A DNA stretch of 64,000 bases, from the NCBI GenBank assembly GCA_963832165.1, contig CAWHTE010000007.1, positions 32,001 through 96,000 of the forward strand. Direction: 5' to 3'. The notes under the pieces were generated by a model. The model did no database searches. It saw only the letters and a list, made by a program, of their open reading frames with translations, and was not told the DNA's origin. The DNA comes from an uncultured delta proteobacterium. GTDB lineage: Bacteria; Myxococcota_A; UBA9160; SMWR01. Positions 30,321 through 40,451 of the stretch are shown one piece after another; the first letter of the stretch is position 1; each line of letters begins with the position of its first letter. The position numbers and the translations under genes are program-made.

Positions 30321-31160
30321 CTACTCGCGCGCGCGGCGTCGTAGAAGCGCGAGCGCGACCAGGCCGAGCCCGAGCAGCGCACCGGGTCCGGGCTCGGGCA
30401 CGGTGGCGCTGATGATCGTCGCGCTGACGTTTACGAAGTGGCCGTCGCCGCTCGGGGAACCCGGGTAGTCGTCCGCCGTCACGTTCGTGAGGCTGCCGGC
30501 GATGCCCATCCGGATCGCGGCCTCGTCGTTGTTGCTGGTCGCGCTGCTGCCGGCCCAGGTGAACGCCAGCGTGAACGACTGCGAGAGCGCGCTGCTGACG
30601 ATCGAGTAGGTGGTGCCATCCTGGTTGATGGCCGTGGTGGTCGTCGCGCTGTTCGCGGTCGGGCCGACGGAAGGCAGCCCGAGCGTCGCGTTGGGGCTGC
30701 CGTCGACCGTGGCGGTCATCGCGCCGAGCGTCAGCGTGCTGTTGCCCGTGGTGTCGTCGACCCAGCTGAGCGAGCCGAGCCGCAGCGTATCGATGTCGAT
30801 CTGGTAGGTCGCGCCGGTCGGATTGGAGACCGTGAACGTGATCTGATAGGCCGCGGTCGCCGACTGCGTGATCTGGCTGCCGGGGTTCTCGCGATCGGCC
30901 GCGACCAGCCACGCGTATCGGGTCTGGACCGAGAGGCTCGAGCCGAGCGTATCCGCGACCGGGCCGCCCGAGTTGAGCGTGATGCTCGTCGAACTCGCGA
31001 CCTGCGTCTTCGTGACGTTGTCGTTGAACGAGTTCGCCGAGTTGGTGCCGGTGGTATTGATCGCGAGGCCCGTGATGTCGAGCGCGCTCGCAGAGGACGC
31101 GAGCAACAGCGCCGCAGCCAGACCGAAGCAACCGCGCGAGAGAATCCGAGATGCAACCAT
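30321..31160 (-). CDS. Thr/Ser-rich PEP-CTERM surface protein
   Basis: Signal peptide; C-terminus VPEPGPGALLGLGLVALALLRRRARE. Confidence 0.9.
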   Translation of the reverse strand: MVASRILSRGCFGLAAALLLASSASALDITGLAINTTGTNSANSFNDNVTKTQVASSTSITLNSGGPVADTLGSSLSVQTRYAWLVAADRENPGSQITQSATAAYQITFTVSNPTGATYQIDIDTLRLGSLSWVDDTTGNSTLTLGAMTATVDGSPNATLGLPSVGPTANSATTTTAINQDGTTYSIVSSALSQSFTLAFTWAGSSATSNNDEAAIRMGIAGSLTNVTADDYPGSPSGDGHFVNVSATIISATVPEPGPGALLGLGLVALALLRRRARE

Positions 31161-31233
31161 TTGAGCGTCCGCCTTAGGAAACCCAACGGCGGATCACCGG
31201 CAGCCCTTGAGAGAATTCTGAGGAAAATCGCCC

Positions 31234-31816
31234 CTATCGGGTCGGGGTCTTCGCGCCCTCCGGCCAGCAGCGGAACGAGGCGAAGAAACGCGCGAGATCG
31301 GGCTGGGAGGCCGGCGCCCGGGCCATCCCTGTCACCAGGTAGAGCCGGGTGTCCACGAGCACCGCGATCACGCGCTCCTCGAGCGCGGCCTTGCCGGGCA
31401 GCCGGTAGCGGAAATCCCGTGCGGGCTCGCCCCCAAACTCGATCGAGTTGCCTTCGATCAGCGTGCCGTCGACGTCGCGCAAGCAGACCCTCGCGCGCCT
31501 GATCGAGGATCATGTCATCGGTGAGCAGGGCCGAGGCCACCGTGGGGATGTCGTGCACCTCCACCGCGAGCAGCGAGTCCCGCACGCGCAGCCAGTACTT
31601 GGTCTGGTACACGTAGCCGACCGGGGTCAGGCGCTTGTCGCGCTCGATCGCGGGCTCGGCCGGCAGCGCGACCAGGAACCGCCCGCCGTCCGGCTCGAAT
31701 ACGGACCACTCCTCGGTCGCGCGCGCGGCCGGGCTCGCGAGCGCGACCAGCGCGAGCAGCGCGAGCTCAGGCGTCCGCGTCGACCAGATTCGCGAGAATC
31801 GCGTCGATCGCCTCAT
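31234..31816 (-). CDS. Exported hypothetical protein (PsbP/Mog1-like pattern); frameshift near 31480
   Basis: Signal-like LALLALVALASPAARA and WSVFEPDGGRFLVALPAEP; the second frame gives GEPARDF...RLYLV...RFFASF. Start approximate. Confidence 0.6.
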
Positions 31817-32291
31817 CGGCAATCGCCACCATCTCCGCGTCGGTCCGATCCTGGATCGGATGCTCGACATAGACCGCGGCCGGGTCCGCACCTAGCGCGC
31901 GCGCCTGCGCCACCGCGCCGTCGATGAACTCGACCGTCGCGACGAACACGCTCGGCACGCCGCGCGCCTCGAGATCCACCGTGTCGTGCACACTGCACGA
32001 CGTGCAGCTGCCTCAATCCGCGAGCGCCTCCACCACCGCATCGCAGTTCACCGCGATCTCCTGGCGCAGATCGGGCGGCGCGGGCTTGGTGAACGTGGGC
32101 TTGCGGTAGCGCGCGACCTCCGCGCCGCACGCGCGCAGGCGCTCCTCGAGGCGGTTCAGGAACACGTCGCCGCGCGGCTTCGAGATGTCGAGCAGCCCGA
32201 CGCGCCGGCCCGCGAGCGAGCCCAGGCGCGGAAGGCGTTCGCGCTGTGCGGGCGCGCGCTCGTGCGTGGGATCGAGGATTAGGCGGCTCAC
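31767..32291 (-). CDS. UGSC-family selenoprotein (in-frame TGA at 32013-32015 read as Sec)
   Basis: GTG start overlapping the upstream stop; reading through TGA gives ...VVEALAD-U-GSCTSCSVHDTVDLEARGVPSVFVAT...HPI, an uninterrupted 174 aa protein. Confidence 0.88.
31983..32001 (-). promoter_or_regulatory. Candidate bacterial SECIS hairpin
   Basis: mRNA GUCGUGCA-GUG-UGCACGAC: an 8 bp stem whose apical loop begins with GU 19 nt after the UGA. Confidence 0.6.
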
Positions 32292-33742
32292 GGCCGTATC
32301 TCCCGCATCACGGGCGCGCTGCCGACGGCACCGGAGGCCCAGCCGCCGATCATCGCAGAGAAGAGCCCGGCACCGCCACCGCAGTGCACGAGCAGGAGTC
32401 CGCCCGGCCGGAACTTCGGCAGCGTCGCGGATGCAACGCTCTCGGGCAGCCCCTCCGCGATGCCGCCCGCGCCGCGCACGAGCTCGGTGCCTGGGATCTG
32501 GAGCAGCTCGTGGATGCGCGCGAGCAGGTCGGCCTTGCTCCAGCCCGCCTCGCGGAAGATCCGCGAGTGCTCGGGACCCACCGCGAGCACGCAATCGAAC
32601 GCGAGCACGAGCTTGGGATGGTGCAGCGTGCGCAGATTCACCGCGTAGGTGCGCGCGAGCGATTCGGGGTCGCGCGAGAGCTGGTCGACGATGCAACGCG
32701 GTCCCTCGCCCGTGAACACCGTCACCGCATCGGTGCCCGGCGCCGCGCCGAAGTCGCTCGCGAGCGGCGTCCACGGCGATCCCTCCTCGTCCTCCGCAAA
32801 GCAGAAGCCGAGCTTGCCCGGATTGCCGTGCGTCGCGCGGTCGACCTCGCCGGGCCGCCCGCCGCCGATGTTGCGCACCACGAGCTGGACCGCGCGACCG
32901 ATCGTCGCGTTCGCGCGGTTGCCCTGGCCGAACACGTTCTTGCCCGAGTTCATGCCGATCCGGCGTCGGATCGGGCCGTTCACGATCACGACGGGCCCGA
33001 CCGGCATCGTGGTGGCGAGCACACCGTGGATGTTGAACGCGTCGGTGCAGATCGCCTCGACCGCGGCGAGCACCACGGGCAGATACTCGGGCAGGCAGCC
33101 CGCCATCACCGCGTTGATCGCGATCTTCTCGACGCTCGCGGGCGCGAGGTCGGGCGGCACCACCGCGACGATCTCGTCGGGCGCGCGCGTCGTGCCCGCG
33201 AGCATCGCGAGCACGCGGCGCTCGGTGGGCGCCACCACGGGCAGTCCGTCGGTCCAGCCGCGCGCAAAGAACGCCTCGGCCTCGTCCTCGAGCGGTGCGA
33301 GCGCGATGCGGCGCGACGCGAGCTTGTGCGCCTCGAAGCGCACGGCGAGCTCGGGCGCGATGTCGGGATCGACGCTCTTCGAGCCGCAGCCGGGCCGCCA
33401 CTCGGGCAGACCCGCACCGAGGCCCGTGATGCCCGTGAGCTTCTCCCAGTCGCCGCGGTGCCAGCCCACGGCGCGCTCGGCCTCGACGCCGTTCTCGACG
33501 CGCAGCAGTGTCGGCACCGTCTCGATCCGGTGGTGGTAGGAGACCGCGAGAGCCGTGTCGTCTTCGGGAGCGAGACCTTCGGGGAAGTCGAGATCGTCCT
33601 GGGTGTAGACGGTGAGCTTCGTCTTCGCCGCGAGCTCGCGCAGCACGGGCGCCACCGTCACGCACGTGGGGCACTCGCGCTTCACGATCGCGACGAGTCC
33701 GGAGGGCAGCGCGGGAACCCGGGGAGCGGCGATCTCGGACAT
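32288..33742 (-). CDS. Thioredoxin-fold domain fused to UGSC-associated conserved domain
   Basis: N-terminal KRECPTC and IETVPTL (thioredoxin cis-Pro), then WRPGCGS, GWTDGLPVVAPT, EKIAINAVMAGC and GNRANATIGRA. Confidence 0.8.
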   Translation of the reverse strand: MSEIAAPRVPALPSGLVAIVKRECPTCVTVAPVLRELAAKTKLTVYTQDDLDFPEGLAPEDDTALAVSYHHRIETVPTLLRVENGVEAERAVGWHRGDWEKLTGITGLGAGLPEWRPGCGSKSVDPDIAPELAVRFEAHKLASRRIALAPLEDEAEAFFARGWTDGLPVVAPTERRVLAMLAGTTRAPDEIVAVVPPDLAPASVEKIAINAVMAGCLPEYLPVVLAAVEAICTDAFNIHGVLATTMPVGPVVIVNGPIRRRIGMNSGKNVFGQGNRANATIGRAVQLVVRNIGGGRPGEVDRATHGNPGKLGFCFAEDEEGSPWTPLASDFGAAPGTDAVTVFTGEGPRCIVDQLSRDPESLARTYAVNLRTLHHPKLVLAFDCVLAVGPEHSRIFREAGWSKADLLARIHELLQIPGTELVRGAGGIAEGLPESVASATLPKFRPGGLLLVHCGGGAGLFSAMIGGWASGAVGSAPVMREIRP

Positions 33743-33784
33743 AGGGACCTCGGGCGAGCGTCCCCAGGATACTCCGGATCGCGA

Positions 33785-34151
33785 TCAATCCGTGCTTCGG
33801 TACACCGCGCCCGAATCGCAGGTAGTCGGCCGCCGTGAGCTGCTTATTCGAAGTCGCGGCGTCGGCGTCGGTATACCACCACTGCCACGACTTCGCGTGC
33901 GTCTCCAGGCTCGGCGTGCTGCCCTCGATGAAGAACTCGTTCGCGTGCAGCTGGGCATCGGCGTGCGGAACGAGGATCCGCACCTCGTATTCGACCTTCT
34001 CCTTCTTTGCGAGCGCTCGCCAGTCCTTCGCCCAGGCCTGGACGTCCGCGATCGTCTTGCCGTCATCCGTCCTGCACTTCGTGTAGTCCATCACTTCGGC
34101 GAACGCATGGAGCGGAAGACAGACCAGGATCAGAGCGATTAGTTTTCGCAT
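33785..34151 (-). CDS. Small secreted hypothetical protein; frameshift near 33820
   Basis: GGAGG RBS and signal peptide MRKLIALILVCLPLHAFA; the end (TCDSGAVYRSTD) is in a second frame. Confidence 0.6.
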
Positions 34152-34364
34152 CGAGCTTCCTCCGTCGAGATCGTTTGAATCCGACGGAATCACATCACAC
34201 GAGGCTGCAGAACGCGAGGCATTGTTGCCTCACGCGTCGCAAATACCCGCTTCTTGCGAGTGGGCGGAAGCCCCCGACTGCCCGTTCGACAAGGAATCTC
34301 CATGCGGAGATCGTGCAAGAGGGAATAAGCTGTGCCTAACATGTAATCGCAGGAGAAACCACCC

Positions 34365-34679
34365 ATGTCCGCAGTTACGATGGTCTCGATCTGGCGGCCG
34401 AGAGACAAGAAACTTCAGGAGTTCGCCACGAGCGTCTCGAAGGCGAAGAAGATCCAGGAGCGCCTCGGAGCCCAAATCCGCGTCTGGCAGACCAACTTCG
34501 GCGGCCAGCCGCTCTCGTTCATCTACACGGCCGAGGTGGGGAGCTGGAAGGCGTTCGGCGAGTTCGGGGAGAAGATGCAGACGGATCCCGAGTGGCAGAA
34601 GTTCTGGAGCGATGCCACTGCGAATCCCAGCGCCGATCTGCTGCAGAACAGCGTGATCAGCGAGGCGCCCGGTCTCTGA
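34365..34679 (+). CDS. Small NIPSNAP-like (dimeric alpha/beta barrel) protein
   Basis: AGGAG RBS; beta-alpha-beta-beta-alpha pattern with SWKAFGEF...DPEWQKF. Confidence 0.65.
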   Translation: MSAVTMVSIWRPRDKKLQEFATSVSKAKKIQERLGAQIRVWQTNFGGQPLSFIYTAEVGSWKAFGEFGEKMQTDPEWQKFWSDATANPSADLLQNSVISEAPGL

Positions 34680-34721
34680 TCCTGAGCGAGTCCCACATAG
34701 CATCAGGGCGGGTGTCGTGCG

Positions 34722-35753
<1,032 letters not shown>

Positions 35754-35765
35754 GCGGCGCGAACG

Positions 35766-35870
35766 GTAGGGCGGGAAAGCGAGCGAAGCGAGCGCATCCC
35801 GCCGCGTGCCGAAGGCGCGCCGAAGCGATCACGCGGAAGGCGGGATCGCCTTCGGCTCCTTCCGCCCTAC
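35766..35870. repeat. Inverted pair of GTAG-type REP elements (REPIN-like)
   Basis: GTAGGGCGGGAAAGCGAGCGAAGCGAGCGCATCCCGCC (35766-35803, +) and GGCGGGATCGCCTTCGGCTCCTTCCGCCCTAC (35839-35870, -). Confidence 0.7.
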
Positions 35871-36580
35871 CTCTCTCGCAGCCCGGCCTCGACCAGCGGA
35901 TCGACCTCGTTGAAGTTCTGCAGCGACCAGACGCTGCCGCGCGGGCCGATCGGGCGCGCGTGCACCACGGAGTAGGCTGCGAGCTCGCTCTCGAAGCGCA
36001 GCCACTCCCACGGCACGGGTCGCACGTCGAGCAGATGGGCGAGCGCGACCGCGTTGGTGCCGCCGTGCGCGACGACCGCGATCTGCGCGGGTGAACCCGA
36101 GACATCCCACTGGGTGAAGTCGTGCGCCGCGTCGCGGTGGGGGCGCAGGCCGTGTCGCGCGAGCAGGTCCTCGAGCGCCGCGGTGACGCGCGCATGGAAG
36201 TCGCGGAACGTCTCGGCGCCGGGCCAGCCGCTCCAGTGTTCGGCGAGCGGCCGCTGCGATGCCTCGGTGAAATAGCGGTCGACGTCTTCCTGCGAGAGCC
36301 CGTCGACGTTGACGCCGATCTCGGCGAGCCCGGGCAACGTCACGGGCGTGATCCCGGTCGCGCGCGCGAGCGGCTCGGCCGTCTCCTGCGAGCGCTGGTA
36401 GGGGCTCACGTAGATCGCATCGACGCCGGCCGCGGCGATCCGCGCCGCCGCCGCACGCGCCTGGGCGCGGCCGTAGGGCGTGAGGCCGGGGTCGGGCACC
36501 GAGGTGCCCTCAGGCGCCCAGTCGGGCTCGCCGTGGCGGAGCAGCGTCACGCGCGCGAGCTGCTCGCGGCGGCGGCGCAT
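35867..36580 (-). CDS. Histidine phosphatase (phosphoglycerate mutase family)
   Basis: LLRHGE, LTPYGRAQA, SPYQRSQETA and VVAHGG. Confidence 0.9.
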   Translation of the reverse strand: MRRRREQLARVTLLRHGEPDWAPEGTSVPDPGLTPYGRAQARAAAARIAAAGVDAIYVSPYQRSQETAEPLARATGITPVTLPGLAEIGVNVDGLSQEDVDRYFTEASQRPLAEHWSGWPGAETFRDFHARVTAALEDLLARHGLRPHRDAAHDFTQWDVSGSPAQIAVVAHGGTNAVALAHLLDVRPVPWEWLRFESELAAYSVVHARPIGPRGSVWSLQNFNEVDPLVEAGLRER

Positions 36581-36645
36581 CTCGCGCGCGGCGGCGTCGT
36601 GGGGCCGCGGTCGTTCCTGTCCTTCCAAGATCGCCTCTGCGAACT

Positions 36646-39274
36646 CTACGAATTCAACTGCACGAGGTGTGCTCCCGGCACCGAGCGGAAGCGCTCGGGC
36701 GAGCACGTGAGCACGATCACCTGGCTCGCCTCGCCCGCGGCGCCGAGCAGCGGGCCCAGCGCAGCGAGCCGCTCCGGATCGGTGTGGCCGAGCGCGTCGT
36801 CGAGCCAGAGCGGAACGCCGCCCGCGAGCCGCGCCGCGGCGAGCCGCGTGAGCAGCGCGAGCTGCTCGCGCGCGCCCGCGGAGAGCTGACTCGCGAGCAG
36901 GCTCTTGCCCGCGAGGATCCTCCGCACCGCACAGAGCTCGTCGGAGAGCTCGACCGCGAAATCCGCGCCGTAGAGCGGCCGGCCGAGCTGCGCGATCGCA
37001 TCGGCGAGCGGCGCCGCATAGTGGCTGCGCGCGGCGTCGCGCTCCGCGCGCAACACCTCGAACAGACGCCGCGCCGCATGCGCGCGCCGCTCGAGACCGG
37101 CCAGCTCGCGCTCGGCGCGCGCTCGCGCGCGCTCGGCGCCCTGCCAGCGCTCGAACAACCCCTCGCCGCCGATCACGGCGAGGCGCTCGCCGAGCTTCAG
37201 CAATGCGTCGCGCTGCTCGCGCAGCGTGCGCTCGTAGGACGCGAGCGCTTCGCGCGCGCGCGTCGCACGCTCCTCGAGCTTCTCGGGCTCGCGCTCTGCA
37301 ATGCGCGCCGCGGCGGCGCGCGCGAGCGCCTCGAGCTCGTGCGTCGTATTCGCGCGCGCCTCGCGGCGCCCGTCGAGCTCCTCGTCGGTCGCCTCCTCGC
37401 GCGCGGCGGCGAGCCGGAGCTCGAGATCGGAGCGCGTCTGGCCGGCCAGCTCGAGCCGCTTGCGCGTCTCGCTGCGGTGCTGATCGCAGCGCTGGAAGCG
37501 CAGCGCGGCATCCTCGTGGCGCCGCGCGAGATCCTCGGCGCTCTCCCGCGCGCGCGCGGCGGCCGACTCGGCGCGCTCGAGGTCGAGCTCGGCCGCCTCG
37601 AGCGTTTCGGGCATCGGCGCCTTCGACACGCGCTCGCCCGCGAGCGCGGCCAGGCGCGCCGCGAGCTTCGCGATCCGCCGCGCGAGCGACTCGGGGGTGT
37701 CGCTGCCGAGCGCCTGCGCGAGACGCTGCTCGCTGCGCGCGAGCTCGGCCGAGGCCGCGCGGCGCGCCGCGAACGCAGCGACCGCGCCCGCGTGATCGTC
37801 GACGCCGGCCTCGAGGCAGATCGTGCGCAGGCGCGTCAGCGCCTGCTCGAGCACCTTGCGCCGCTCCGCCACGCCCGCGCCCGCGATCACGGTGATGTCC
37901 GCAACTCCCGGAAGCGAGACGAGCATCGCCTCCGCAACGCGCTGCTCGGTGCGAACGCCCGCGCACAGCTTCACGCGGCGTCCGTCGACGATCACCTCGA
38001 GATCGACCGTGGGGATCACCTGGACGCGCGGGCCCTCGGCCGCGAGCCGCGCCTCCGCGCGCTCCACCGCGACCTGGGCGGCCGCGATCTCCGCCACGCG
38101 CGCCTCGTCGATCGCCGGCCCGGCCAGCACGGCACGCGCGCGCGCGGCCTCGTCGCGCTCGCGCTCGACGCGCATCACGCGCTCGAGCAGGTCGGCCTGC
38201 TCGCGCTGGCCGCGCCGCAGTGCGGCGTCGCGCCGCGCCTGCGCGACGACCTTGGCGCCCGCGTCGCGCGCGCGGCGCGCCTCGAGCATCCGCTCCTCCA
38301 CGTGGCGCAGCCCGGCCGCCGCCGCGATGTGCGCGGGCTCCTCGCTCTCGAGCACCTCGGCGAGGCTCTCCATCTCCGCGTGCGCGCCCGCGTGCGCAGA
38401 GACGAGCTGTCCGCGCTGGCGCGCGAGCGACACCGCCACCGCCTCCTCGGCACGCGCGGCGTCGAGCCGCGTCGTCAGCGCGCTCCCACTCGCGCCGCAT
38501 CCCCGCGAGCGCCTCGAGCTCCGCCTCGAATACGCGCAGCGCGCTGCGCTCGCTGGCGATCTGCTGCTCGAGCTCCGCGACGCGCACGCGCAGCGCAGCC
38601 TCGGAGTCGGCATCGCGCTCGAGCGCGTCGAGCCGGCTCTTCTGATGCTGCGCTTCAGCCTGTGCGACCGAGAGCGCCTGCTGCGCCGCGGAGAGACCGC
38701 GCCGCGCGCGACCGGTCGCGGTGAAGTGCTCTTCGAAGGCCACGCGCGCGCGCTCGAACAGGCTCTCCTCGCGCTCGCCACCCGCGCCCACGCCCGCGGC
38801 GCGGTCGAGCGCCGCGGCCAGGCTCGCCGATCCGCCGAGCGCGGGCGCATCGAGCGGCGATCCCTGGAGGATCCGCAGCGCGCGCCACAGCGCGCCGTCG
38901 AGGTGCGTGTCGAGCAGCGCGCGCACGCGCTCGTGCGCCTCGCGGCCGGTCGCGTGCTCGACGCGCGGCGCTCGGATCCACAGGCGCGTCTCGCTCTTGC
39001 GGTGGAAGCGCTTGGCGTAGGTGAACGCGAGCGGGCCCAGCTCGATGTCCGCCTCCACCTCGCTGCCCTCGTCGCGGTCCACGGGCTGGATCTCGCGCAC
39101 GCGCTGCTTCGCGGTGTCGTCGCGCTCGTCGAACAAGAGCTCGACCGCCTCGGCGAGGCTCGACTTGCCCACCTCGTTCGGGCCCGCGACGATCGTGACG
39201 CCGGTCGGCGCGAACGCGACCTCGCGCTCCGCAACGCCGCGGTAGTGGCTCAGACGCAGCCGCAGGATCTTCAT
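36646..39274 (-). CDS. SbcC/Rad50-like SMC ATPase (YhaN/Rv1278-like); frameshift near 38480
   Basis: N-terminal MKILRLRLSHYRGV...GPNEVGKSS (Walker A), long coiled coil, C-terminal LSAGAREQL, LWLDDALGHTD and QVIVLTC. Confidence 0.88.
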
Positions 39275-40407
39275 CGCGCGCCCTCGGGCGCGCCCGCGAG
39301 ACGGACGAGCAGCGCGAGCGCGTCGCGTGCGACGGCCGCATCGGCTGCGGTGCCGCGCGCCTCCTCGGCGAGCCGCGCGACCGCGCGCGCGGCAAAGCCC
39401 GCGAGCGCGAGGTCCGAGAGGTCGCCGTCGTGCGCGGCGATCCGGAGCTCCGCGCTGCGCACGTCGATCCCCGCGAACAGGTCGCGCGCGCGCTCGAGCA
39501 GCGCTTCGAGGCGCGCCCCCTGGCGCAGATCGAGCGAGCCGCGCAGCTCGAGGCGCAGCGCGGTCCGCTCCTTCGCGTCGAAGTCCGCGAGCCGGTCGAC
39601 GAGCGCGTCGAGGTCGTCCGCGCGCGCGAGCTCGATCGGCTCGGTGCGCGCGAAGCGCCAGGTGCCCACGTGGTGAGGCTCCACGCGCACCCCGTCGCGG
39701 TCGAGCTCCACCACGAGCGCATAGCCGGGCTCGCGCTCGTCGAAGTCGGTCGGTTCGGGCGCGCCCGCGTACCAGATCCGGCCCGAGGCGCCGACGCGCG
39801 TCTTCGAGTGGCGATCGCCGAGCGCCGCGAAGTGGATCCGGTCCTGCGCGAGCGCCTGCTCGATCGGCGCGAGCGGCAGGAGCGACGCGTCGCGGCGGTC
39901 GGGCGTGAGCGCGTCGACACCGCCGTGCGCAGCGAGGATCCGCAGCGGTCCGGCCGGGCCGAGCGCCGCGAGCGCAGCGAGCGCGGGGTTCTGCGCGGGA
40001 CGCCGGCTCGGCCACGGCGCGCCGACCAGTTCCACGCCCGGCGCCACGGATCGCGGCCGCGCGTCGTCGAGGAGATGCACGTGTCCGGGTGCGGCATCGC
40101 GGAACGCGGCCGAGCGATACAGCGAGGCTGCATCGAGCGGGTCGTGATTGCCCGGCAGCAGATAGACCGGCATCGCGAACGCCGCGATCGCGTCGAGTGC
40201 GCGCGCAAGCGTACGGCGATCGACCTGGCTCGACTCGAACACGTCTCCGCACACGAGCGCGAAGTCGCAGCGCTGAGCGCGCGCGAGCTCGTCGAGCCGG
40301 CGAACGACCGCGAGCCGCGCTTCGGCGAAACGAGCCTGCGCTTCGTCGCCGAGCACGCTCCGCGTCATCCCGAGCTGCCAATCGCCCGAGTGAAGGAAGC
40401 GGATCAC
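39271..40407 (-). CDS. SbcD/Mre11-like metallophosphoesterase (DNA repair exonuclease)
   Basis: FLHSGDWQLG, CGDVFE, LPGNHD, AHG and ALGDRH. Confidence 0.92.
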   Translation of the reverse strand: MIRFLHSGDWQLGMTRSVLGDEAQARFAEARLAVVRRLDELARAQRCDFALVCGDVFESSQVDRRTLARALDAIAAFAMPVYLLPGNHDPLDAASLYRSAAFRDAAPGHVHLLDDARPRSVAPGVELVGAPWPSRRPAQNPALAALAALGPAGPLRILAAHGGVDALTPDRRDASLLPLAPIEQALAQDRIHFAALGDRHSKTRVGASGRIWYAGAPEPTDFDEREPGYALVVELDRDGVRVEPHHVGTWRFARTEPIELARADDLDALVDRLADFDAKERTALRLELRGSLDLRQGARLEALLERARDLFAGIDVRSAELRIAAHDGDLSDLALAGFAARAVARLAEEARGTAADAAVARDALALLVRLAGAPEGAR

Positions 40408-40451
40408 CCCTCTCCGTCCCCCCGAGCTCCTTGCGGAGCTCGAACGGCAAT

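Noticed and set aside
40423..40442. Hairpin CGAGCTCC-TTGC-GGAGCTCG as an intrinsic terminator
   Set aside because: The stem is real but there is no U-tract on either strand, so the function is unsupported.
35867..40450. 1527 aa ORF in the track as a giant fusion protein
   Set aside because: Artefact of high GC and a frameshift: it strings together off-frame sequence, the SbcC N-terminus and the histidine phosphatase.
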